A program made the position numbers and the translations under genes. Shown here one piece after another: positions 25,120-37,119 of a stretch of 64,000 nucleotides of DNA (its first letter is position 1; each line of letters begins with the position of its first letter). The notes under the pieces are model-generated. The model ran no database searches. It had not been told where the DNA came from and worked only from the letters and a program-made list of their open reading frames with translations. The DNA is from Octopus sinensis. Taxonomy: Eukaryota. The stretch lies in NCBI RefSeq assembly GCF_006345805.1, contig NC_043006.1, positions 59,644,001 to 59,708,000 on the forward strand, written 5' to 3'.

Positions 25120-26733
25120 CGGTGGCAGCCAAAATGTTCAGAACGGCATTGTTTTCGTCAGAAAAGTAGATATAATTTTTTATCAAAGTTGTTTTATATT
25201 CTATAATTTTCACAGACAATAAACACAATATTATTTGTTATTGCCTGAGATTTTGATGTAATTTCAGAGGATAATACAAAAGTTATGGATGATTTAGGGA
25301 TTTACTGCAAAACCCATGGCGGCCAAAATGATCAGAACGGTTGCTTTTACTCCGTGTTTTAGTATATTTTACCGGCGAACTCTAATGTTTTAAATTTGTT
25401 TACGTGACGGTTCGTTTACTAAACATTAGTAAGAATATTTGCAGTGTACTTTGTTAATATAATGCCACTTACTCCGTTACCAATTCGTCAGCAGATTATT
25501 AAGCTTCGAAAGAAGGATAATTTAAGTATTGGATCTATTGCAAAGTCAAAAAGTGTTGTACACGGTATTCTTAAGGTCTACGATGATTGTGGTTCGTGTG
25601 AAGCAAGAAAGTTAACAGGTAGGCCAAGAAAAACGACCAAGAGAGAAGATCGTGCTATGGTAAAGTTGGTTAAAAAGGACAGATTTAAAACTGCTGCTGC
25701 TGTTTCTCAGAAAATGAGCATTGTATTGAAGAAAACTTTATCTCGAAAAACTGTGTCTCGTCGTTTAGTTGAACATGACCTACAAGCAAGAGCACCTGCA
25801 GTGAAGCCACTGATCAGCTCCAAGAATAAAAAGTGTCGTCTTACATTTGCAACCAAACATCTGTTGTGGTCTCAAGAAAAATGGCAAACGGTGCATTTCA
25901 GTGATGAATCTAAGTTTATGTTATTTGGCTCAGATGGGAAAAGGTACGTTCGTAGAAAAGTAGGTGAAAAATTGTCGCCTAAATGCCTTAAGACTAGTGT
26001 TAAATTCAGTAGAGGAAGTGTCATGGTTTGGGGAATGATATCTGGAGATGGTGTGGGCCCTTTGGTGCGATTACATGGAAAGTAAAATGCAGGAGGTTAT
26101 AAACAATTTGTAAAAGATCATGTCTTGCCTGTGCTGAGAAATTCAACTAAGCGACCACCCATATTCATGCAGGACAATGCCCCATGTCACAAGGCTAAGG
26201 TGGTCATGAACTTCCTCAAAGCTGAAAAGGTTATTGTTATGGATTGGCCTGCTCAAAGCCCAGATCTCAATCCTATTGAAAATGTATGAAATATTCTAGG
26301 AGAACGTTCGAAAGCCAGAAATCCTAAAACAACTGAGCAATTATAGAATGCCCTTCAGGAAGAATGGAATAAGATCACCCAGCGAGAAATTGAAAATTTA
26401 ATTTCCTCATGCAGTCGAAGATGTCAGAGTGTGATTGAAGCTAAAGGGCTTCACACCAAATATTAAATAATTCCAGTATTCTCTGTCATTTTTGATTATT
26501 TTGTTATTTTTTCAACCGTTCTGATCATTTTGGCCGCCATGGGTTTTGCAGTAAATCCCTAAATCATCCATAACTTTTGTATTATCCTCTCAAATTACAC
26601 CAAAATCTCAGACAATAACAATTAATATTGTATTTATTGTCTGTGAAAATTATAGAATATAAAACAACTTTGAAAAAAACTTATACTTACTTTTCTGACG
26701 AAAACAATGTCGTTCTGAACATTTTGGCCGCCA

Positions 26734-26736
<3 letters not shown>
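25120..26736 (+). mobile_element. Tc1-family DNA transposon, IR-DR type, with 224-bp TIRs
   Basis: TIRs 25120-25343 and 26513-26736, each with outer and inner TGGCRGCCAAAATGWTCAGAACG repeats; right end CCACTG|TA. Confidence 0.95.
25462..26466 (+). pseudogene. Tc1 DD34E transposase with three in-frame stops and no frameshift
   Basis: GRPRKTT, FSDESKF, VMVWG, FMQDNAPCH, WPAQSPDLNPIE (34 residues between D and E); stops at 26083, 26287 and 26344. Confidence 0.92.
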
Positions 26737-26770
<34 letters not shown>

Positions 26771-26773
<3 letters not shown>

Positions 26774-26865
26774 TAGTCCCCGGTATTCGCGGGAGTAACG
26801 TTCCTAGAGCACCCGCAAATAGTGAAAAACCGCGAATATTGAACGTGGTTCAGAAAAATGCCTAT
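26771..26865. mobile_element. Single end of a Tigger/pogo-like element
   Basis: TA|CAGTAGTCCCCGGTATTCGCGG...CCGCGAATA terminus; no partner end found. Confidence 0.5.
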
Positions 26866-27629
26866 AAATGTCAAAATATAGCGTAAAATATAAAGATATA
26901 TATGTTAGGAAATTATAAAAACGATAAAAACGTTTTATCGTAGTGTTAAGTTAAACAGGTAAACACAGTTCTTTATGCTGCACTGTAAGGTCAAGATGAA
27001 GTCCATTGTCAAAATGGATGAAGCTAGGTGTTATTAGCCAAACTAGTTGTTTTTGTGACAGTTAAGGTTGTTTTTTATTTCTGTGAGAAAAGGTTCAATT
27101 GGATTCTAGAAGCTGTGATTGCTTGTTTAGTTTATGCACTTTGTGCTTTGTGTTAGGCACTTATGGAATTATTTTATGCTCCAGGAATTCACCAGAACTA
27201 TTTGCTTGTCGGTTTTAAAATAATTTCTGTGTCACATCTGAGTGAGTACAAAAATCTCTTAAGTTATGTTATTCTAATATTTATGTGAATTTTGAACCCA
27301 GCATTTGTGGCAGGCTGTGAAGTAATTTTGCTACCTATTTTCTGTTAAGATAAATGATGCAAAATTTGTATAAATAGCTAGAGGGTGTATGAATTTAATT
27401 TTTCATGTAGCCAATTTTTTGTATTAGACAACTAACTGTAAATTTCGTCTAATGGTTAGTCAGCATGTTTGTATGAAGCAGTTTTGTTTGAATTTAAAGC
27501 AAACTAGATTTTTTGTTTGACTATTTAATTTTTTAACTATAATTATTGATGTAGTCTGGCAGTCGTTTTGTATAATGAACTTTTAAGTCTAAGTGGTTGC
27601 TTTGGCATTAGATTTATTTATGTTTAGAT

Positions 27630-27815
27630 CTAAGATTCGAAAACCGAATTTGTGAAGCCAGATTTTATGAATCCAAATTTTATGAATCCATATTTTTTGA
27701 AAACCAAATTTGTGAGGCCAGGTTTTGTGAGGCCAATTTTGGGTGAAACAAAATTTATGAATCCAGAGTTACGAAATCAAGTTGGTGAAGCCCGGTTTCT
27801 GAGTCCGAATTTCTG
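27630..27815. repeat. Degenerate 15-bp-period minisatellite
   Basis: Units like TTTTATGAATCCAAA and TTTTGTGAGGCCAGG. Confidence 0.7.
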
Positions 27816-27829
27816 ATCTATATATACCC

Positions 27830-28060
27830 ATTTCTTTACTACCCACAAGGGGCTAAACACAGAGGGGACAAACAAGGGCAGACAAACAGATTAAGTCGAT
27901 TACATCAACCCCAGTGCGTAATTGGTACTTAATTTATCGACCCCGAAAGGATGAAAGGTAAAGTCGACCTCGGCGGAATTTGAACTCAGGACGTAACGGC
28001 AGACGAAATACGGCTACGCATTTCGCCCGGCGTGCTAACGTTTCTGCCAGCTCGCCGCCT
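27830..28060 (-). mobile_element. SINE, GCCTTTCATCC family
   Basis: Full-length homologue of 4019-4250. Confidence 0.9.
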
Positions 28061-28349
28061 TGATCTATATATATTTTACCTTTGAAATATTTTGACTGCA
28101 CGTCTAGTATAGCATTAATATATTTTGTTGGTAATATATTTGTTTTGTATGTAGGGTGTTTTGTGTATGCTGACACTTAATTGTTAATAATGTGTTGTTG
28201 TTTTGGGTTCACCGCATAATTGTTGATGGTGTAAATTCGGTTTATGGTCACCAGGCCGTAATAATCCGTGTGTGTGTGTTTTACATATGGTATAATTATA
28301 AACAGGGCAAATTTTAGCCATTTCGCCGCAGACTGAAAAAAATGATGAA

Positions 28350-28395
28350 CGATCTTAATCGAATTTCGAACCTTACTGGGTTCTCATCAGAGGCG
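28350..28395 (-). ncRNA. Hammerhead-core-like motif (partial)
   Basis: CUGAUGA-GAACC(CAGUAA)GGUUC-GAAA is perfect; stems I and III are imperfect. Confidence 0.45.
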
Positions 28396-28735
28396 TCTAC
28401 ATCATTCTGACATCCTCCAGAGAAACAAGCAGCCAAACTGTTTATGTACTCATCAAATGCAGCAGTTTCTCTATGAAGGGGTCCCTAATTTGCATACCGA
28501 AAGTGTTACTCACCAGGGTTTGGGGGATTTTTGTTTTTTATTGACAGATAAGGTTGGTGAATGACGAAGATCAGACAAAATACTTTGTGAAATGCAAATG
28601 TGCTTATAACAGAGTAAACTTATATATATATATATAAAGTTAATCCAAACAAGAAAACACAAAAAAAAACAGCAACGCGAGGACGTGGAACAAATAAAGT
28701 ATTATTGGACGCTCAGGAAGAAGGGAAGAAGGAGG

Positions 28736-28770
28736 GTTTAACGTTTCGAGCGGAGCTCTTCGTCGGAAAC
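28736..28770 (-). ncRNA. Minimal hammerhead motif, C4 variant
   Basis: GUUU-CCGACGA-A-GAGC(UCC)GCUC-GAAA-CG-U-U-AAAC; palindromic AACGUU stem III. Confidence 0.65.
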
Positions 28771-28819
28771 AAAGAAGAAGGAAAGATCTCGAGAAGGGAA
28801 GACAGAGAAAAAAAATTAT

Positions 28820-29206
28820 GAGTGGCTGTGTGGTAAGTAGTTTGCTTAGCAACCACATGGTCCCGGGTTCAGTCCCACTACGCGGCACCTCGGGCAAGTG
28901 TCTTCTACTATAGTCTCGGGCCGACCAATGCCTTGTGAGTGGATTTGGTAGAGGGAAACTGAAAGAAGCCCGTCGTATATATGTATATGTATGCGTGTGT
29001 ATATTGTGTGTCTGTGTTTGTCCACCCAACATCGCATGACAACCGATGCTGGTGTGTTCACGTCCCCGTAACTTAGCGGTTCGGCAAAAGAGACCGATAG
29101 AATAAATACTAGGCTTACAGAGAATAAGTCCCGGCGTCGATTTGCTCGATCGACTAAAGGCGGTGCTCCAGCATGGCCACAGTCAAATGACTGAAACAAA
29201 TAAAGG
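28820..29206 (+). mobile_element. CORE-like tRNA SINE with internal microsatellite and CR1-derived tail
   Basis: Head GAGTGGCTGTGTGGTAAG, CORE-like CACCTCGGGCAAGTGTCTTCT, tail GGCGGTGCTCCAGCATGGCCACAGTCAAATGACTGAAAC. Confidence 0.9.
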
Positions 29207-29355
29207 AATATATATATAACGACCTCCGACACACAAGTGCAAACAAGGGAGTCAGAGAAAGGCAGAATGCCACTTAAATCTGAACACTACTATAGAAATA
29301 TTCTTTTAAAAAAACTTTTCTTCTAATTTTTCTAAATTTAATTATTTAATCGTTA

Positions 29356-29393
29356 CAGTTGAAAAGGTCTCAAAATGACCGAAACCGGTACTG
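29356..29393 (+). ncRNA. Minimal hammerhead motif, U3-A8 variant
   Basis: CAG-UUGAAAA-GGUC(UCAAAAU)GACC-GAAA-CCGG-U-A-CUG; palindromic ACCGGU, GUA triplet. Confidence 0.7.
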
Positions 29394-29445
29394 AAATGTT
29401 CACTATAAAATTATTTTAGCATTTTCTATTTTTGACTTGTTTTTT

Positions 29446-29536
<91 letters not shown>

Positions 29537-29565
29537 ATATATATATATAGAGAGAGAGGGAGAGA

Positions 29566-29596
<31 letters not shown>

Positions 29597-29600
29597 ATAT

Positions 29601-29638
<38 letters not shown>

Positions 29639-29769
29639 ATATATACTCATTATCTTTTTAATAATTTTGATATATATTTTAAATAATATAAATTAATTAA
29701 TCTTATGTATTGGCTTAAGTTTTTCATTGTATGATTTGCCTAATAGTGGTTTTATCTCTAATTTAATAT

Positions 29770-29833
<64 letters not shown>

Positions 29834-30329
29834 ATTTTAATCCAAACGGGAAACAAAAAAACAACAACAATGGAACAATTACAGTATTATTATTAATAAG
29901 CGCTCAGGAAATGGAAGCAGGGAGGTGTGTGTGTGTGTGTGTAGTATCTGTCAGTTTAGACAAACGTATCCGTTTTTGCCTGTGTACATGCGTGTGCGTA
30001 GGCGTGTGTCATTGTCTGCAAAAGACAATTCCGTCTTTCTGCCCGCTTGCTTCATCACACCGTCCGACAGTCAGAGTTTACAATGGAGATGTAACAGAAC
30101 TGTAGAGGGACTGGTGTCACTGTAAATACATTATTACAATAGGTACAAATTAGACTCTCTCTCTCTCTCCCTTGGCAGTGTCTGAACGTACACATTAGGT
30201 GACAGCGTCTGCTTTTCAATAACACTTCAGTTGGCTTTGCAAACTTGTACACACGCCCTCGGGCTATTCATAATACGTTACCACCACTCTTCTATTATTG
30301 CTGACGTTGTTAATAAGTGTTGTTATTGC

Positions 30330-30370
<41 letters not shown>

Positions 30371-30715
30371 ATTGATGATGATGAAGAAGAAGAAGAAGAA
30401 GCTATTGTTATCGTTTAGTCCCGTGTCAAACCTAAAGGAGCAGATCTATGATCAAAAGCATTCCATTTCTGACTCTCACTCTCCATTTTTTTTTTTTTCA
30501 CTTCGCTTGCGATTCGTGAATGTTGTTAAAGGGAGGGAAAGTGAAACAATGGGAGAGAAAGACAGAGGGTGGGTTCGATTCCTACTTTTGGTAGATCGAG
30601 TGACCACGATGAGGATGAGGATGATGATGATGATGATGATGATGAGGATAATGATGATGATGATGATGATGACCACAACGACGATGTTGCTGGTCGAACA
30701 AGTGTCGAATGTTTG

Positions 30716-31120
30716 TAGAAACGTTAGCGCGCCGGGCGAAATGCTTAGCGGTATTTCGTCTGCCGTTACGTTCTGAGTTCAAATTCCGCCGAGGTCGACT
30801 TTACCTTTCATCCTTTCGGGGTCGATTAAATAAGTACCAGTTACGCACTGGGGTCCATGTAATCGATTCAGTCCGTTTGTCTGTCCTTGTTTGTCCTCTC
30901 TGTGTTTAACCCCTTGTGGGTAGTAAAGCAATAGGTATTTCGTCTGCCGTTACGTTCTGAGTTCAAATTCCGCTGAGGTCGACTTTACCTTTCATCCTTT
31001 CGGGGTCGATTAAATAAGTACCAGTTACGCACTGGGGTCGATCTAATCGACTTAATCCGTTTGTCTGTCCTTGTTTGTCCCCTCTGTGTGTAGCTCCTTG
31101 TGGGCGGTAAAGAAATAGGT
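30716..31120 (+). mobile_element. Head-to-tail SINE dimer (184-bp period), GCCTTTCATCC family
   Basis: Second unit starts at GGTATTTCGTCTGCCG (30934), directly after the first tail. Confidence 0.9.
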
Positions 31121-31392
31121 TTTGTTGTTTTGGAAATATTGGTGTTGGCGGTACTAGTAGTTGCGGGGAGGGGTGTAATAGTGGGGGGGGCATCACTAAT
31201 GATGACGACGACATGTGCTTAATTTGTGAGGTGGTAGTAAGTAGGTCAGAATAAAATAATAGCGGTTGTTGTTGTTGTTGTTGTTGCTGTTCTCCCACCA
31301 AATTAGTTTTTCAATGCAGAATTTTAAAAAAAAATTTTCTCAGATGCACAATGCTCTTCATTAATGTTTAAAGCGTTATGGTCCCATTTCAG

Positions 31393-31468
31393 GGAGGTTT
31401 CACAGCTGTTTCCAGCAAAGGCCCTTCTGCCTTATTCGTTGTTGAAAGCCTGTAATGGATGGGTGAAG
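31393..31468 (+). other. Candidate 76-nt spliced exon
   Basis: CCCATTTCAG acceptor and AAG|GTAAGT donor; one open frame EVSQLFPAKALLPYSLLKACNGWVK; no homology recognised. Confidence 0.25.
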
Positions 31469-32748
31469 GTAAGTGTTGGTGATTGATGGAGGGGGGGGGT
31501 GAGTGAACGTGACAGCCGTGACGTGGTATTGTTTTTAAGTTAAATTAGTTTATGGACTTAATACTAAACACAGCTGTTTGTGTTAGAGATAGCTCCCGGA
31601 TATTTGAAAGGAAGAAATTTAAAGCATACAGTAGCCCGTTATGTGGTTTCAGTGAAAGCTTGAAAGAAAAGAAAATGAATAATTTTACCATTCGGATTAA
31701 TTTACGACACAGATTCGAATGAAAATTGATGTGTACATATGGGGAAGTATTTGCCTCTGATTTCAAACACTGCTGGGCTTGTTTTCTTTTGAAAACCAAT
31801 TACTCTTGGAAAGTTTTCTTCACTCTCTTCAGTGAATTAATATATTCATAAAAACGAGCCTTGACAGAATATTCAGTCAATTCCTCATGAATCTGTGTGT
31901 ACTGTTATTTCCCATTCAAAATAATAAAACCTTTGGCGGGAAATAAACATGAAAGGGGCAGTTATTTGGGGTAATGTAATTACATGTATGTTAGAAGAAT
32001 ATTATTACTGTTGGGAAAGCTTTTAGAGTGAAGAAGATGAGTTAAAACGTGCACGTGTGTGCGTATTTCTGTGTATATATAGGCAAATATAAATCTAGGG
32101 ATGTGCTCATAGTATTGCGTATTTGTATGCTCGTGTTTCAGATTGAGTGTATATGCGTTTTAAGTCTCATAAATGGATGTTGTCCATGCATCAGGTGAGT
32201 AGATAGCAGGACATGGGCGTTGAAGAAGCGATTCAAAGATTTTTTTTTATCAAAGTCGAAAGTACATCCACCATGTTGCTGCATCATGTTGCACTCATTA
32301 ATTTAGAATTTTGCACTTACGTGCATCGTGCGTTTATTTACTTTTATTTGCTATAAATGGCGTTGCGCTTGCGTATTTATACATTACGGCGATTTCGGTG
32401 TTACCGCATCTGCGTGTTTACACACATACACAATTGCACGTACGAATACTCACATACATCGACATACACATATTCATACGCAACATGCTTACGTATAGGC
32501 AGCACGTTTATAGATGAACACACACAGACATATTCAAACGTGTGTATGTGTGTATACACACACACACACATACACACACACACACATATATATATACTTA
32601 CATGCATGCATACATGAATGCAAGCACACAAACATGCATACATTCATACATACATGCACACGTATATGCACACACTCACATTCACACACATGCATGCATA
32701 CATACGAACATATGCATTTTTAATCAACAATTGCAAGCTGTAAATGTA

Positions 32749-32782
<34 letters not shown>

Positions 32783-32874
32783 AAACCTATTCTTTTGAGT
32801 ATATAAATATATATGCATATATATATATATGTATATATGCATATACATATACTTATACAAACATACATACATAT

Positions 32875-32905
<31 letters not shown>

Positions 32906-33018
32906 TGTATAAGTATATATATATATATATATGTATATACATAAATACACGCATGCGCATACATACATACACACCACACAATCACTCACACTCACACACA
33001 CACACACATACACACACA

Positions 33019-33052
<34 letters not shown>

Positions 33053-33199
33053 TTTACTACTGTTTATATGGCTGTGTGTTTTCGTGTATCAAACCGTTCA
33101 ATAAACTATGTTTAACCTTTCCAAAGCCTCATAACAATATGTAATTCCAGTTGAAAATTCTGTTGGCACCAGTTGTATCCCATAAAGAATGGCCCAGTA

Positions 33200-33230
<31 letters not shown>

Positions 33231-33255
33231 GCCGCTATTGTTGTTGTTGTCGTGT

Positions 33256-33292
<37 letters not shown>

Positions 33293-36200
33293 CAGGGAAA
33301 TATATCACTTGCAGAAAGAGATGCAGTTGCAAATCGTCTGTCAACGGTGAGCTCTCGCCTTCTCTACACGCGCACACACAGAAATACACACACACAGAAA
33401 TAGACACACGTCTTTTTTATGATACGTGTTGTGATATGAGACTGCTACTGAGATAAAACAAATGGAATCAATGTACGTGGTTAGTAACGTGGCGGAATAG
33501 AGATATGACAAATCGATAACTCGTTCAGCTGAAACGCATCTTATATTAAAACACGCTAAAACAAGAGTGGAAACGACCGATTCTTTAATCCTTTGAGTTA
33601 GTACGAAGAGAAGGAGAGTGAAACAGACGGACAAATGGAGAAAGCATGTTCGATTTCCGTTCACATAACCAAAGAAATTTTAGTTGCGTTTTAAACAACG
33701 AACGATGAACTACAAAAATTCACCTTCTTATGTATGCATCGTGAGTGTCTTTGCATATATATGGAGGTGTTTGTAGAAGAATGCATGCATCAGGGATTTT
33801 TTATGACTTAATTAGAGCATGAATTGACAGTGTCCGTAACAGTCCATATGACTTCTATGAATGATATACGAAAAAAAGATAGAAAATACGAAATTGATTT
33901 AACTTAGGACCATAGGTCTCATCCAAATGCCAACAACAAGGCGGACTCAGCTAAAACTAACGAAGTGTGTTATGCTGGCGAGGGATTAAGTCTATCCAAC
34001 CAGCAACAAAGTGCAGTCAGTGTGACAGGCTGTGCACAGCTTATTTTTATTTAGTTTCACGCTTGGATCAACACAAGTGCACGCAGCGGCAAAGTAAGAG
34101 CGAACACGGTACCACATCATTATGAAGTGTATCTTAAAACCGCATGACCATTCCTTCTCTGCTTCCTAAATGTATGAGAATTGTACATATCTTTGTGGAT
34201 GTTTGTGTATGTGTGTGTGTATGTGTGTGTGTGTGTGTCAGAGTTTCTGTGTTAGTTCATGCGTGTACGTTTGCATTAATACAATAGTACCTGTGTTTGT
34301 ATGTGTCTGAGAGTGCATATCTGAGCGAGTGTGTGTATTTGTGTGTGCGTATTAGTACGTGCGTGTGTCTGTGTGTGCGTGTGTGTTAGGTACGTGGATG
34401 ACTATGCAAATGTAAGATGCATAGATATCAGTTTGTGCGTAGGAGTATGTGTATTAGTGTGTGTGAGTGAGTGAGTGTGTGAGTGAGTATGTGTGTTTGT
34501 GTGCAAAAGAACATCAGGATGTGTGGATGTATGTTAATGGAAATGCTTCGGCTGAATCTCGAAAACATTATTCGTATTAAAAGAACGGGACAACATTCTT
34601 TTGTGGGGATGTATTAATTTGCTACACACCATGTTAATTTATACCCTATGTCTATATTTACTATACTGTGTGTCTATTTACAACCCAATATGTATATTTA
34701 CTATACGCAGTTTTTTATTAACAATACATTGTCTGTTTTCTACGCATTGTATCTATTTACCACACAGTGTAAATATTTAGGACATAATATATCTATTTAC
34801 TACACACTAGGCTTACTTACCTTCTTGCTAAGTCTTTTTACAACACATTATTTACCTGAGCACTGCAAATTTGCTGCATAATATGTTTAGTACACACTGT
34901 ATGTTCAAGGACAGAGATCTATGTGCTATCTCTTGTACTTTTTGATATTTTTCCATCCTTGAGACCTCGCTGTTACACAGGAAGATTAAACACGAAACGT
35001 GTGTTACGATTAACTTCTGGCTCGATGCCATTTTCTTCAATATCAGAAGGCAGCAAGTTAATTCTAACCTCAGAACTGCTCACTTCACAGAGTTACTACA
35101 TGCTTATGTTTGTGATTTTGTAGTGAACTCCATGCAGGCATAGCGTGGATTCGATCCTCGATCACCAAATTTCACTAAGCAGTTCAACAACACTTTTCCC
35201 ACAGAGAAAACAAGGGCTGACAGCAAATTACATTTAGCATATGGCTTTGCTAAGCCGATTGTCTTTGCCACTTGACCCTGCTAACCTCTTCTATATTAGC
35301 AAAAGCTAGAAATGAGATAACAAACCCACAACGAAATCCATTGTTCTCAACAATATGTCTCTCTTTCTCGCTATCTTGCGATAGTTACATATATAGAAGA
35401 TTCCCAAGCAAATGTTAGTGAACCGATACAACTAGAGTCACGGCCACAAGCAAACAGCCACTAAAGACACGGTGAGAGGGAGAAAGAAGGTTACAGTTAG
35501 CCAAATATGAGACACAACTTCCCTCGACTTTATAACTTTCACTCGCTCAATTTCTTTTCTCTTAAAATATCATTCTATAACTATTACAATAAGAACGTGT
35601 ACACACATACAGGCCAAAATTAACTTTCTTAACCTCGCATGCTCTTTCAATTACATCACACCTTCCCATCGAGGCACGGCATTATATTAAGTAACGGTAA
35701 ATAAATATTTCTGTACAACTTCATCCCTGTTCTTCGTTCATCTTGCACATTTGCAACAACACCCGTTACAATCGGTAAATGCCGACTCCAATATATATCA
35801 TAATAAAAACCGTTACACAGGTGACCGCTGATTCCACCGTAACAATGCATTTTACAGTTGGTGACCCTCGACTTCAACTAAAAACATTACCGTCACAATT
35901 AGCGACCCTTACCGTTACAAATGGTGACCCCCGACTTGATTCGAACACGCAGCCTTCTGATGTTACATTCCGCTGCATTTTGCTGACTCCGATGCTAAAA
36001 AAGTATTGCACCCTTCGCTTACGCCTCCGCATGAACAGTTGTCACATACATTTGGTGAACCCGTCTACAGAGAACCACTGTCTACTGATGCACCGTCGTT
36101 CGACCTGCTACAGAAAGCTCTGTGATCCACACTGTGATGCACTTCATAACACTGCAACCCTGCCGACGCACAAAGATTTCGCTCGCCATCAAAACCCGTA

Positions 36201-36997
36201 AGCGCAACATTTCGATAGTTAGCTGCCGAGAAATTACCCGGAAGAAAATACGGAAGTCCGCACTTGCAACATCTTCGGCACACACACGCTTTTCGTCTCG
36301 TTCCGACGTACAGATCCTGCATTGTCTACGAACTTTTGCACGTATATAAGACTCTCAACAACTCTTTTTCTTTGCATGCACATCTTTTTTTCACTTTCAG
36401 CAATAGACTTTGGATCTAGTTTTTTTTTTTTTTTCATTCGCAAAATATGCATTTCTTAAAAGGAAGTAAAAAAAAAAATCTGAAAATAGGTTATAATAAT
36501 GTAATCTTCCAGTCTCATTGTTATGAAGGTATGTTACGGAGGAAAAATTGGAGGAAAGAGTTACAGAGGTTTAAAGATCAGAAAAAACTCTGTATTTTTA
36601 GCCAATAGCGAGACAGAAATTTTCTGCGGTTAGCGGAGCGGTGTTTACATTAAGGTTGTACCTTGTGAAATCTATAGTTTAGCGTCTATGAAATGACCTC
36701 TTCATCGTAGGTTTCTAAATAAACAGAAATACCTAATAAAATCAATATGTATCATTTTACTGTTTCTTTTGTATTTTCATTGATTGTATGTTTTTATTAT
36801 TTTTAAAATTTGTTATATGAATATATTTGTCTGCGTGTGTTTACTTTATGCGTATTTCAGTATTATGTACACCTGTCATGTATTTGTGTACATCATTGAT
36901 ATATTAGTGCATGTGGATGTATGCATTCATATATAAGTTTATAAGTACATTTATGCATTCGTGTGTGCGTGTGTGTGTGTGAGAGAGAGAGGGGGGT

Positions 36998-37035
<38 letters not shown>

Positions 37036-37119
37036 GGGGGCGTCTGTCTCCAAAACTCCAAAGTTGAGTAACGTTTTCATGCTTGGATTTGTAAACTACG
37101 ATAAGAATAACACTGGTCA

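Noticed and set aside
34852-35040. Possible REL-endonuclease remnant (RMEKYQKVQEI)
   Set aside because: Only a few residues resemble the motif; insufficient support
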